Origin: Planctomycetota bacterium
GTDB taxonomy: Bacteria > Planctomycetota > GCA-002687715
Assembly (NCBI GenBank): GCA_009691765.1
Contig: SIAO01000002.1
Span: 154,415 to 218,414 of the forward strand
Length of the DNA stretch: 64,000 nt
Direction of reading: 5' to 3'
Every line of letters begins with the position of its first letter. Positions within the stretch are counted from its first letter, which is position 1. This document shows positions 41,180-50,581 of the stretch, piece after piece. Position numbers and translations under genes: made by a program. The notes under the pieces were generated by a model, which did no database searches, was not told the origin of the DNA, and saw only the letters and a list, made by a program, of their open reading frames with translations.

Positions 41180-42022
41180 TTACACCATGGTGGAAGACGA
41201 GCCGCTACGGAAACCTTCGAGGTCGAGGGTGACGAAGCGGAATCCGATTTTCTTCAGGCCATCCACGAGCTGGCGGCCGGCAGCGCTATTCAGCAATTGC
41301 GGCGCTTGCGCTAGCGGCACTTCGATGCGCGCAACGCCGCCGTCGTGATGACGCACGCGGAGTTCGTGAAAACCCAGATCGCGCAATAAGGCCTCCGCCG
41401 CTTCCACGCGCTTGAGGCCGTCGAGGCTTACGGGCGTGCCCGCTGGAAAGCGCGAAGCAAGGCACGGCGCGGCTGGCAATTCAGCCGTGATGAGTTGGCG
41501 GCGCGCGGAAAGTCTGCGAATGGCGGCCTTGCCGATCGCCAGTTCGAACAAGGGGCTGCGCACGCCGTGCAACGCAGCGGCCTTGCTGCCTGGGCGATGG
41601 CCTTGTGCGTCGTCGGCCTGCGTGCCGTCCAAGAGCACCGCTTCAGGAGCCATCGCGCGCAAGGTTGCAAAGAGCGTGTCCTTGCAGTGGAAGCAGCGGT
41701 CACCGAGGTTGGCGCGGTATTCCGGGCGCTCTAACTCGTCCGTGGCGACAGTGTCGAGAGTCACAGCCAAAGCGTGTGCGACCGCCTCGGCTTGTTCACG
41801 CTGTGCGGCAGAGAGCGATGGCGATACCCCCAAGACCGCCCGCAGTCCTTGCGGGCCCAAGACTTCGGCCGCAACGGCGAGCAGGTACGACGAGTCCACC
41901 CCACCGGAGAAGGCGATCAGGGGCGCCTGTGGCAGGGCTCGTAGCCACTCCGCCAAGCGCCCTTCACACTGCAAATCATCTGTATTCGCAGTGCTCGCGG
42001 CTGCAAAAGGGGTGCTGCTCAT
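41180..42022 (-). CDS. larE: LarE-family ATP-dependent sulfur transferase
   Basis: PP-loop AFSGGVDSS, RCFHCK, RPG, PCLASR, LRVRHH, DLEGFRSGS. Confidence 0.9.
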   Translation of the reverse strand: MSSTPFAAASTANTDDLQCEGRLAEWLRALPQAPLIAFSGGVDSSYLLAVAAEVLGPQGLRAVLGVSPSLSAAQREQAEAVAHALAVTLDTVATDELERPEYRANLGDRCFHCKDTLFATLRAMAPEAVLLDGTQADDAQGHRPGSKAAALHGVRSPLFELAIGKAAIRRLSARRQLITAELPAAPCLASRFPAGTPVSLDGLKRVEAAEALLRDLGFHELRVRHHDGGVARIEVPLAQAPQLLNSAAGRQLVDGLKKIGFRFVTLDLEGFRSGSSSTMV

Positions 42023-42237
42023 GGGGCGCGATGATAGCCCTGCGGAGACGAGACAGCACCCTCTCAAGGCCCTCTTGGAACGAGACCCACTTGTGAGGCA
42101 CAATGGAGCCGTCAACGAGGGCCGCATCACGCAGCCTTCTGCGCCGACGGGACTGGCACCCCCGTCGCACTCGAATTCTGCGGGGGCAACGCCTCTTGAA
42201 TGGCGTAACCTCGAACATCCACATCGAAAGGAAACTT

Positions 42238-43182
42238 ATGCTCCGAATCTTGCTCGCGACTTTTGCAGTCGCATCTTTGTTGGTCCTCCCCTCCTGCATG
42301 AAGATGGAAATGAAGAACAACTTCAATGCCGATAACACCGGCACCATCTCCATGAAGATGTCGATCAAGACTGAAGTGATCGACAACATCAGGGCCATGA
42401 CCGAGAGCGCCGGCGGCGAAGAAGGGGCCCGCGAAAGCCTCGACAAGGTCACGGAAGCGACAGACGAGAAGGCCAATGTCGAGAAGATGAAGAACTCGGG
42501 CGTGGAAATCATCTCCAGCAAGACTGTGGACAAGGACGGTTGGAAGGGCTTCGAAATCGAAGGCAAGATTGCCGACGTGAATGCCTACTGCGAGAAGTCC
42601 GCCAAGATCATGGAACTAGAAGCTGCCTCCGCAGGCTCAGAAGGCGGCAGGGGTCCAATGGACACCAGCGACTTCGGCGAGATGGCTCTGTCGTTCTTCA
42701 AAACTGCGGACCCCGCCGTGGGCAGCATGCAGATCATCCCGCCAATGGGCGATCGGATGTCGGCCATGGGCGGCGCAGACAATCCACTGGCTCGCCTCGA
42801 TGAAGCCTCCGAAGAAGAGCTTCAGATGTTTGAAGGCATGATGGAGATGATGAAGGGCCAGTTCGCCCTCGACCAGATGAGCATGAGCATGGTCATCGGC
42901 GTACCCGGCGACATCGTTGCCATGAAGGGCTGCACCAAGACCGAAGACAGCAAAGGTGTGATCTTCAACATGAAGGGTGGCGACATCAACATTGCGAGCA
43001 TCAAGACCATGATGGGCCTGAAAGAGGGCGTGTCGGTGGACTTCAAGATCCCCGCAGACTGCAAGATCACTTTCAAAGAACGCCCCAAGAAGGACGCACC
43101 AGCGCCCGCCAAGGAAGAGAAGAAGAAAGAAGAGAAGAAGGGCGGCCTCAAGATCGGAGAAGGCGGCGGCAAGGACGGCTGA
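42238..43182 (+). CDS. Met-rich lipoprotein (LppM-like beta fold) with Lys/Glu-rich tail
   Basis: AAGGAAA RBS; lipobox LPSC followed by MKMEMKNNFNADNTGTIS, which resembles the LppM-like start. Confidence 0.7.
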   Translation: MLRILLATFAVASLLVLPSCMKMEMKNNFNADNTGTISMKMSIKTEVIDNIRAMTESAGGEEGARESLDKVTEATDEKANVEKMKNSGVEIISSKTVDKDGWKGFEIEGKIADVNAYCEKSAKIMELEAASAGSEGGRGPMDTSDFGEMALSFFKTADPAVGSMQIIPPMGDRMSAMGGADNPLARLDEASEEELQMFEGMMEMMKGQFALDQMSMSMVIGVPGDIVAMKGCTKTEDSKGVIFNMKGGDINIASIKTMMGLKEGVSVDFKIPADCKITFKERPKKDAPAPAKEEKKKEEKKGGLKIGEGGGKDG

Positions 43183-43229
43183 CGACTTCCGGTGAATGGC
43201 CCGCGGCACATTGCGCGGAGCGAGTAATG

Positions 43230-43258
43230 CGGCGCGTTCCCTTCGGGGCAACGCGCCG
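43230..43258. terminator. C(UUCG)G-capped hairpin between convergent genes
   Basis: CGGCGCGTT-CCC-TTCG-GGG-C-AACGCGCCG: 12-bp stem with one bulge. Confidence 0.55.
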
Positions 43259-43275
43259 TTGTCATTGGTGCAAGA

Positions 43276-45429
43276 TCAGAAACCGCTCATGCCGAAAATG
43301 CGCACGAGGAACGCGAGGCGGTCGGCTGCTTCCTCGATGGCTTTCGCGGTCGGCGTGCCTGCGCCGTGTCCGGCTTTGGTTTCGATGCGGATCAAACAGG
43401 GCGCGTCGCCACCTTGAGCCGCTTGCAATGCTGCCGTGAACTTGAAGGAGTGCGCCGGCACGACGCGATCATCGTGATCTGCCGTGAACACGAGCGTTGC
43501 TGGATAGTGCGCGCCCGCCTTCAGATTGTGGAGTGGCGAATAAGCCCGCAACACCGGAAACATGGCGGCATCGTCAGCACTGCCGTACTCCGGCACCCAA
43601 GCCCAGCCGATGGTGAACTTGTGGAAGCGCAACATGTCCATCACACCCACCGCTGGCAGGCACGCTCCGAAAAGCTCCGGGCGCTGCGTCATGCACGCTC
43701 CGACGAGCAATCCGCCGTTGCTGCCACCGTTGATCGCGATGCGGCCCGCCGAGCTCCAGCCTTCGCGGATCAACCACTCCGCTGCGCCGATGAAATCGTC
43801 GAACACATTCTGCTTGCGTTGCAGCATGCCGGCTTGGTGCCACTCTTCACCGAACTCCGACCCACCCCGCAGTGCCGGTTGCGCATAGATGCCGCCCATT
43901 TCGAGCCACGCCAGATTCGCGACCGAAAACGCGGGCATGATGGGAATGTTGAAGCCGCCGTAGCCATACAGCAGCACCGGTGCGTTGGCACCACGCTGCA
44001 CATCGGCGCGATGCACGAGGTACATCGGAATCGCAGTGCCATCTTTACTTGTGTAAGTGACCTGCTCCGTCACAAAGCGTTTCGGATCGGGCACGCTTGG
44101 TGGTTGCGCCCAGCATGTCGTATCGCCGCTGTTCACATTGTGACGCCAAACGGAGGCGGGCGTCGTGAAGCTAGTGAAGCTGAAGTAGATCTCCGCATCC
44201 CTAGGCCGCGTGGAAAGCGCGCCGACCGTGCCACTTCCAGGCAACACCAGTTCGCGCAGCAGTGCGCCACTCGTTTCATGCAAGAACAAGCGGTGCTTCA
44301 CCGACTCCATGACCAACACCGCCAACTTCCCGCCAGCCATGCGTGCGTCGGCGATGGTGCCAGCGCCTTGCGGCACCACCGTGCGCCAATGCTGTGGTTC
44401 AGGATGATGCAAGTTCACAGCCACGATCTTCGAGCGCGGCGCTTCGTGATCCGTGCGGAAATAAAACAATTCGCCTTCGTTGCCGAGAAAATCAAAGCTG
44501 GCATCGAACGCCGTGAACAGCGCTTGCACCGGCGCGTCCGGCGCATCGAGGTGTTTGAAAAACACGCGGTTGCGCGAATCCGTGCCCACCCACGATGGGA
44601 TCACGAGGAAACGGCCATCTTCTGTGACTTCACCGCTGAAGCCCCAATCGGGTTCGTCCGTGCGTTCGTACACAACCTTGTCCGCACTTTGCAGCGTGCC
44701 GAGACGATGGAAGCACAGATGCTGATTGCGGTTCACCCCGCGCAGACTCTGGCCTTCCTTCGGTTCTGGATAACGGCTGTAATAAAAGCCACTGCCATCC
44801 GGCAGCCACGAAGCGCTGGAGAACTTCGACCAGCGCAACACGTCTTCGCGGTCGCGGCCTGTCGCCACTTCGCGCACATGCCACTCCACCCAATCCGAGC
44901 CGGCCGTGCTGAGCGCGTAAGCCACCAGCGTGCCGTCGCGCGAGGCCTTCATGTCGCCCAAGGCCATGGTGCCGTCAGCCGTGAGCGTGTTCGGATCCAA
45001 CAGCACCCGCGCTTCGCTGACCGCGCCGGAAGTCACATACACCACGGCCTGATTCTGCAGACCATCGTTCTTCGAGAAGAACAGATTGTGTCCGCGTCGC
45101 GACGGAGCCGACCAGCGCGGAAAGTTCCACAGCTTCGCGAGGCGTTGCTCGATGGCTTCGCGCTCTGGGATGGCGTCGAGAAAGGCTCGCGATTCTTGTT
45201 GGCGCGCCGCAATCCACGCTTTGGATTCCGGTGTTTCCGGATCTTCGAGCCAGCGGTAGGGGTCGGCGACCATAGTGCCGTGGTAGTCGTCCACCTGATC
45301 CATAGTGCGGGCCTCGGGAAAGTGCGCGGTGTTGATTTGCGAGCAAGAGGTGCAGACCAAAAGCAGCGCGAGGCCCCACGCTAGCAGCGCAGGACCCCGA
45401 GTTGGTCTGGCCCCGAAGTTGGGACCCAT
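43276..45429 (-). CDS. Prolyl oligopeptidase (S9A), exported/lipoprotein
   Basis: DPYRWLED, YGYGGF, GGSNGG (Ser), DDRV (Asp), AGHG (His); signal ending CTSC. Confidence 0.95.
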   Translation of the reverse strand: MGPNFGARPTRGPALLAWGLALLLVCTSCSQINTAHFPEARTMDQVDDYHGTMVADPYRWLEDPETPESKAWIAARQQESRAFLDAIPEREAIEQRLAKLWNFPRWSAPSRRGHNLFFSKNDGLQNQAVVYVTSGAVSEARVLLDPNTLTADGTMALGDMKASRDGTLVAYALSTAGSDWVEWHVREVATGRDREDVLRWSKFSSASWLPDGSGFYYSRYPEPKEGQSLRGVNRNQHLCFHRLGTLQSADKVVYERTDEPDWGFSGEVTEDGRFLVIPSWVGTDSRNRVFFKHLDAPDAPVQALFTAFDASFDFLGNEGELFYFRTDHEAPRSKIVAVNLHHPEPQHWRTVVPQGAGTIADARMAGGKLAVLVMESVKHRLFLHETSGALLRELVLPGSGTVGALSTRPRDAEIYFSFTSFTTPASVWRHNVNSGDTTCWAQPPSVPDPKRFVTEQVTYTSKDGTAIPMYLVHRADVQRGANAPVLLYGYGGFNIPIMPAFSVANLAWLEMGGIYAQPALRGGSEFGEEWHQAGMLQRKQNVFDDFIGAAEWLIREGWSSAGRIAINGGSNGGLLVGACMTQRPELFGACLPAVGVMDMLRFHKFTIGWAWVPEYGSADDAAMFPVLRAYSPLHNLKAGAHYPATLVFTADHDDRVVPAHSFKFTAALQAAQGGDAPCLIRIETKAGHGAGTPTAKAIEEAADRLAFLVRIFGMSGF

Positions 45430-45434
45430 GATGT

Positions 45435-46154
45435 TCAGTCTTTCCTTTGTCCGAAGAAACGGAGCAAGAAAAGGAAGAGATTGATGAAGTCGAGATACAG
45501 CGTGAGAGCGCCCATCAGCGCGTACTTGCTCACCTCTTGCTCCGTCGTGGCCTCAGAGCCAATGGCCTTCAACTTCTGCACATCCCACGCGGTGAGTACG
45601 ACGAAGACGAGTACGCCAACGAAGCTGATGATCGTGTCCATGGTGCCGCTGCCCATGAAGATGTTCACGACAGAAGCGATAAGCACACCGATGAGCGCCA
45701 TGCCAGCGATGGCGCCCGCTTTGGACAGATCGGATTTGGTCACATAGCCGAACGCCGCCATGCCGCCAAAGGTGCCCGCGGCGATGAAAAATGTTTGCGC
45801 CACACTGCCCAACTCATAGATCAAGAACACGCTTGAAAGCGTGAGACCCATGAGCGCGCTGTAGAACAAGAACAGCCCCGCGCAGGCGCCTGAAGAAAAC
45901 TTGCGTAGCGCAGCGCTGAAGAGCAACACGATGCCCACTTGGGCGATGATCAAGCCGTAGAACACGACCTTGCTGCCGAAGATGAAGTTCTGCGCTTCGG
46001 GGCTAGTGAACACCCAAAGCGCTGAAGCGCCGGTGACCACAAGCCCAAGAGTCATCCAGCCGAAAACTCGGGCCATGAAAGTGCGGGCCAGTGTCAGTGC
46101 CTGGCTCGATCCCGCGTACAGGTTCGCGTCCGAAGTGCCATTGCCGTAGTTCAT
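45435..46154 (-). CDS. Bax inhibitor-1/YccA family membrane protein
   Basis: Seven TMs, TAWDVQKLK, ALTLYLDFINLFLFLL. Start 46154 or 46166. Confidence 0.92.
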   Translation of the reverse strand: MNYGNGTSDANLYAGSSQALTLARTFMARVFGWMTLGLVVTGASALWVFTSPEAQNFIFGSKVVFYGLIIAQVGIVLLFSAALRKFSSGACAGLFLFYSALMGLTLSSVFLIYELGSVAQTFFIAAGTFGGMAAFGYVTKSDLSKAGAIAGMALIGVLIASVVNIFMGSGTMDTIISFVGVLVFVVLTAWDVQKLKAIGSEATTEQEVSKYALMGALTLYLDFINLFLFLLRFFGQRKD

Positions 46155-46258
46155 AGGTGCGATCATCTCCTTGCTCGTATTACGAGCGCCACGAGCTTGC
46201 CACTCCCCCGCAGGAATGCAACACGCACGCCCTGCATCCTCCCCGCTACACTGGCGCC

Positions 46259-47377
46259 ATGACGCAGCTTTCAGAGGCCTTACTCCGCCGCATGCCCAAA
46301 GTGGCGCTGCATGAACATCTCGACGGGGGCCTGCGCACGGCCACCATCATTGAATTGGCCCGTGAAGTCGCATTGGACCTGCCAGCGAGCGACGCAGAAG
46401 GCCTCCGCGAGTGGTTTGAACGCGGAGCAAACAAGGGCTCTCTCGCCGAGTATTTGCAAGGATTCGCGGTGACCTGCGGCGTGATGCAAACGCGCGCCGC
46501 TCTCGAGCGCGTAGCAGCTGAAGCCCTGCATGACTTGGCCGCGGACGGCGTGGTCTATGCAGAGTTGCGCTTCGCTCCGGAGTTCCACACGGCTGGCGGT
46601 CTCGGTACTGAAGCCGTCATGGATGCAGTGCTGACGGGTCTTGAGCGTGGCGGTACAGAGTCTGGCACTCAGTGGGGCCTGATCGTCTGCGGCATGCGCT
46701 CTTCTCCGCCAGAAATGTCGTTGAAAATGGCAGAGCTCGCCGTGGCTTTCCGCGACCGAGGCTGCTTTGGCTTCGATCTCGCGGGCGATGAGTTTGGCAA
46801 TCCGCCCAAAGATCACCTTGATGCCTTCGAGTTCTGCCAGCGCGAAAACTTCAACATCACCATTCATGCCGGCGAAGCCTTCGGTGCGCCGTCCATTTGG
46901 CAGGCATTGCAATTCTGCGGCGCTCACCGCATTGGGCACTGCACACGCCTCGTGGAAGACATGGTCATTGCCGACGGAAAACCCATCGCGCTTGGCCGAC
47001 TGGCGCAGTACGTACTGGACCATCGCATTCCGCTCGAAGTGTGTTTGTCCTCGAATGTTCAAACTGGCGCCGTGGCTTCCCTCGCCGAGCATCCGCTGCG
47101 CCACTATTTGCGCCTGAACTTCAGAGTCACTTTGAACTCCGACAATCGCTTGATGTCAGGCACCTGTTTGACCAAGGAACACATGATTGCCCAAGAGCAC
47201 TTCGACCTCGGCTTCGACGATCACGAGAAGTTAGTGATCAACGCAATGAAATCGGCGTTCACACCGTACCGACAGCGCTGCGCACTGATCTTCGGCATTC
47301 TGAAGCCGCAGTTTGCCGCCCTACGTCAAGAATTGGGCTTGCCGCCCGCGAGCTATCCGCGGCGCCGCGCGACCTGA
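46259..47377 (+). CDS. add: Adenosine deaminase
   Basis: PKVALHEHLDG, FDLAGDE, HAGE, RIGH, NSDN. Confidence 0.92.
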   Translation: MTQLSEALLRRMPKVALHEHLDGGLRTATIIELAREVALDLPASDAEGLREWFERGANKGSLAEYLQGFAVTCGVMQTRAALERVAAEALHDLAADGVVYAELRFAPEFHTAGGLGTEAVMDAVLTGLERGGTESGTQWGLIVCGMRSSPPEMSLKMAELAVAFRDRGCFGFDLAGDEFGNPPKDHLDAFEFCQRENFNITIHAGEAFGAPSIWQALQFCGAHRIGHCTRLVEDMVIADGKPIALGRLAQYVLDHRIPLEVCLSSNVQTGAVASLAEHPLRHYLRLNFRVTLNSDNRLMSGTCLTKEHMIAQEHFDLGFDDHEKLVINAMKSAFTPYRQRCALIFGILKPQFAALRQELGLPPASYPRRRAT

Positions 47378-47391
47378 GCAACGCAGTGTTG

Positions 47392-48729
47392 TCAGCGGCC
47401 TCGCCCACCGCCGCCTCGCCCACCGCCGCCACGTCCGCCACCGCCTTTGCGGCCACCACCGTTGTCGTCACCACCGCCGCCATACAGATCCTTGTCGACT
47501 TGCAAGTCGTTCACGACATTCTCGACATCGACTTCACCTGTGTACGGAGCGCCACCAAGTTGCGCCAGCGCCCAAAGCCCCACGGACTTCACTGGGTCTT
47601 TGTCACTCGGAACTTGCCGCTCTAACAAAGGCCGCGCATCCATGGCCTTCAACGCGCCGATGGCGTGATAGGCCGCGGTCCGCGCACCGCTGTTGCTAGA
47701 TAGAGCCAACTTCATCAACGCATGATCAATATCTTCATGCCGCGGTTGACCCTCGGCCACGCGGCACGCAGCAACATAATCCGCCTGCGCGGTCGAGCGC
47801 AACATCTTCAGGATGTGCACTCGCAACACTGCTGCGTCTTTCTCGCAAGTGGACAACGCACGCAGCAAATGCGCACGCACTCGGTCCTGTGTTTCTTTCA
47901 CCAAGACATCCAACAACGGTTTGGCGGATTCGCGCATGCCAATGCCTTCGAGAGCAGCAGCCACATGAATGCGAACTTGGGTGTCTTTCTGCTTCAAGAG
48001 TGCGTGAAGGCAGGGCAGAACTTTGGCATTGCCGCGCCCACGCATGGCGTCGATAGCTTCGAGGCGTCGCTGCGAATCGACCTCTGGGCCGGTCTGCGTC
48101 AACAAGAACTCCGCTACACGCGGATCGTCCTCTGTAGCCAGCGCCGACAACGCCATGCGGCGTTCGTCTTGATTGTTGCCGTCCGCCTGACGCAAGAGTT
48201 CGAGAACTCTGTCGCGCTGCTCCTTCAATTCAGGAGGCGCGTTCTTCGGATCATGGAAGGTGCTGGCGAGCTGCATCTTCTTGCGCAGCTCCTGCGCGGA
48301 CAGCAACCACACATGGCGCAAGAGCACTTTCTTGCCATCAGGCCCGAGGAACAAGAACTGCGGGGCCTCGACGACAGGCGAGTCCATGTAGGTAGTGCGC
48401 GCACGCTGTTCACAGGCTTCGTGCTGGCGACAAGTGAGCCCATCGAAAGTTGGGCAAGCATCCGCAGCGGCTTCACCATGCAATCCGATGCAACCGATCA
48501 GGCACACGAACTTGCGGCTCTCTGCAACCACACTCGCGTCGTGCAAGTGGTTGCGGGCCACATCCTCATTGGCGCTCTCGCCCTTCAAGAGGAACGTGAT
48601 CATGATGGGTTTGCCTTCAGCTTTGGCACGGGCCAACGCAGTGTCGAAGTCTTTCTCCCATTGAATGACGCGTGGATCTTGGGCGCACAAGCAGGCCGCA
48701 AGGACTAAGAGAGAAGTGAAGTTTTTCAT
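47392..48729 (-). CDS. Secreted thioredoxin-like plus HEAT-repeat protein with RGG tail
   Basis: Signal peptide, WEKDFDTALARAKAEGKPIMI (Trx-like), Cys/His cluster, HEAT repeats, terminal GGRGGGGRGGGGRGR. Confidence 0.72.
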   Translation of the reverse strand: MKNFTSLLVLAACLCAQDPRVIQWEKDFDTALARAKAEGKPIMITFLLKGESANEDVARNHLHDASVVAESRKFVCLIGCIGLHGEAAADACPTFDGLTCRQHEACEQRARTTYMDSPVVEAPQFLFLGPDGKKVLLRHVWLLSAQELRKKMQLASTFHDPKNAPPELKEQRDRVLELLRQADGNNQDERRMALSALATEDDPRVAEFLLTQTGPEVDSQRRLEAIDAMRGRGNAKVLPCLHALLKQKDTQVRIHVAAALEGIGMRESAKPLLDVLVKETQDRVRAHLLRALSTCEKDAAVLRVHILKMLRSTAQADYVAACRVAEGQPRHEDIDHALMKLALSSNSGARTAAYHAIGALKAMDARPLLERQVPSDKDPVKSVGLWALAQLGGAPYTGEVDVENVVNDLQVDKDLYGGGGDDNGGGRKGGGGRGGGGRGGGGRGR

Positions 48730-48783
48730 GACGACTCCGAACCGTGGGCGGCGTGGGAACAGTTCCAATGTACTCAACACGCA

Positions 48784-49434
48784 CTAACGGCTGGGTCTTT
48801 CACCTGCCCCCCCTGTTTTTAGGAATTGTGCCGAAAACAACCGAGCTTCGCCCGCGCCATAGCGCCACAGGCGTCCCGCATCGGACCCTGCATAACCCAC
48901 GCCAATCCTAGGCCCGCGCACCCTATCTCGCGGCGGCACTTGCGGCGCTTTGAGGATGCGCAGCGCGCTTCTCGCGAGATCGAATCCATTCAAATTTCCG
49001 TCGATGCCAAACGCCTGACAAAGCCGCGCCGGCCCGCGACAAAGATCGCGCTCTGTGCAGCGAGGTCCGCGACGCGCACGCATCAAGTTCACGCCTTCAA
49101 TTGGCTCCACGGCTCTGATGAGAACGGCTTGCGGGTCGCCCTCCGCAGCGCACACGGCATTCAAGCACCAGTGCATGCCGTAGGTGAAGTAGACATAGGC
49201 TGCGCCCGGAGGACCCCACATCGTCTCCGTGCGCGGAGTTCGGCGCCCGCCAAAGGTGTGACACGCTCGATCGCGAACGCCGCAATAGGCTTCGGTCTCG
49301 ACAATGCGGCCAGCGCAGATTCCATCGGCGTTGCGCAACACCAGCCACTGACCCAACAAGTCCTTGGCCACTTGGCGTGCACCGCGCGCATAGAAACTCC
49401 GCGGCAACACTGGCGCATTCGGCACGAAACTCAT
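48784..49434 (-). CDS. mpg: DNA-3-methyladenine glycosylase (MPG/AAG family)
   Basis: GRIVETEAY, YVYFTYGMH, AVLIRA, GPARLCQA, RIG. Confidence 0.93.
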   Translation of the reverse strand: MSFVPNAPVLPRSFYARGARQVAKDLLGQWLVLRNADGICAGRIVETEAYCGVRDRACHTFGGRRTPRTETMWGPPGAAYVYFTYGMHWCLNAVCAAEGDPQAVLIRAVEPIEGVNLMRARRGPRCTERDLCRGPARLCQAFGIDGNLNGFDLARSALRILKAPQVPPRDRVRGPRIGVGYAGSDAGRLWRYGAGEARLFSAQFLKTGGAGERPSR

Positions 49435-49442
49435 GAGCGAGC

Positions 49443-50570
49443 TCAGGCCAGCGGAACCCACGCGCTGTCAGCGCTGCTCTTCAAACAGGCGTCGATGAAG
49501 CGCAGGCCGCGCACACCGTCGTGCACTGTGGGGAATGCGGCTTCGATGTCGGCATCACCGCGGATGCGACGCGCGAAGGCTCGGTACAGATTGGCGAACC
49601 CTTCGAGATAACCCTCAGGGTGCCCCGACGGCGTGCGGGTGAGACTGCGCGATGCGTCACTCGTTGTTGCACCGGCACTGCGCAACAACTTCACGCTCCC
49701 GTCTTCTTGGGTCCAATGCAAATCGTTCGGATGCTCTTGCTGCCACGCCAAAGCGCCCTTGGTGCCGAAGACACGCAAGGCCAAACCGTTTTCCCGCCCG
49801 AAGCACACTTGTGACGAGCACAGCACACCGCTGGCGCCACCTGCGAAACGCAAAAGCACCATGTCATCGTCGTCGAGGCGGCGGCCCGACACGAACGTGT
49901 GGAGCACCGCATGCAATTGCTCCACCCGCAGGCCACTCACATGCTCCAAGAGATTGAATGCGTGCGTGCCGATGTCACCGAGCGCGCCCACAGGCCCACT
50001 GCGCGCAGGATCGGTGCGCCATTCGGCTTGCTTATGGCCACCGCTTTCCAAATCCGAGCTCAACCAACCCTGCAAATACTCCACATACACTTTGCGCACC
50101 GTGCCGAGCGCGCCGCTGCGCACTAACTCCCGCGCTTCACGCACCATCGGATAGCCGGTGTAATTATGAGTGAGTGCGAAGTGCATCCCGCTGCGCTCGA
50201 CAGTTGCTGCCAGCGCTTCACCATCAGCAAGTGATGAAGACAACGGCTTATCGCAAATCACGTGAAAACCGCGCTCGAGGAACAAGCGCGCGGGCGCAAC
50301 ATGAAGGTGATTCGGCGTGACGATGCTCACCGCATGGATGCGCTGTTCTGGAGGCAAACGAGATTCCCCCTCCGCCATGGCTTCATAGCCCGCGTAAGCG
50401 CGTTCCGGCGCGATGCCAAGGGACGCTGCGGTTGCGCGCGTGTTCGCCATGTCGCGCGAGAAACACCCAGCCACCAATTCGAACTCACCGTCTAGCGCGA
50501 GTGCAATGCGGTGCACAGCGCCAATGAACGCGCCTTGGCCGCCGCCGATCATGCCGATGCGCAGTCGCAT
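49443..50570 (-). CDS. Gfo/Idh/MocA-family oxidoreductase
   Basis: GMIGGGQGAFIG, TPNHLH, CDKP, DIGTH. Confidence 0.92.
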   Translation of the reverse strand: MRLRIGMIGGGQGAFIGAVHRIALALDGEFELVAGCFSRDMANTRATAASLGIAPERAYAGYEAMAEGESRLPPEQRIHAVSIVTPNHLHVAPARLFLERGFHVICDKPLSSSLADGEALAATVERSGMHFALTHNYTGYPMVREARELVRSGALGTVRKVYVEYLQGWLSSDLESGGHKQAEWRTDPARSGPVGALGDIGTHAFNLLEHVSGLRVEQLHAVLHTFVSGRRLDDDDMVLLRFAGGASGVLCSSQVCFGRENGLALRVFGTKGALAWQQEHPNDLHWTQEDGSVKLLRSAGATTSDASRSLTRTPSGHPEGYLEGFANLYRAFARRIRGDADIEAAFPTVHDGVRGLRFIDACLKSSADSAWVPLA

Positions 50571-50581
50571 GAAAACTCTCC

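Noticed and set aside
43366..45384. 672-aa plus-strand ORF
   Set aside because: Antisense to prolyl oligopeptidase; typical of high-GC codon bias.
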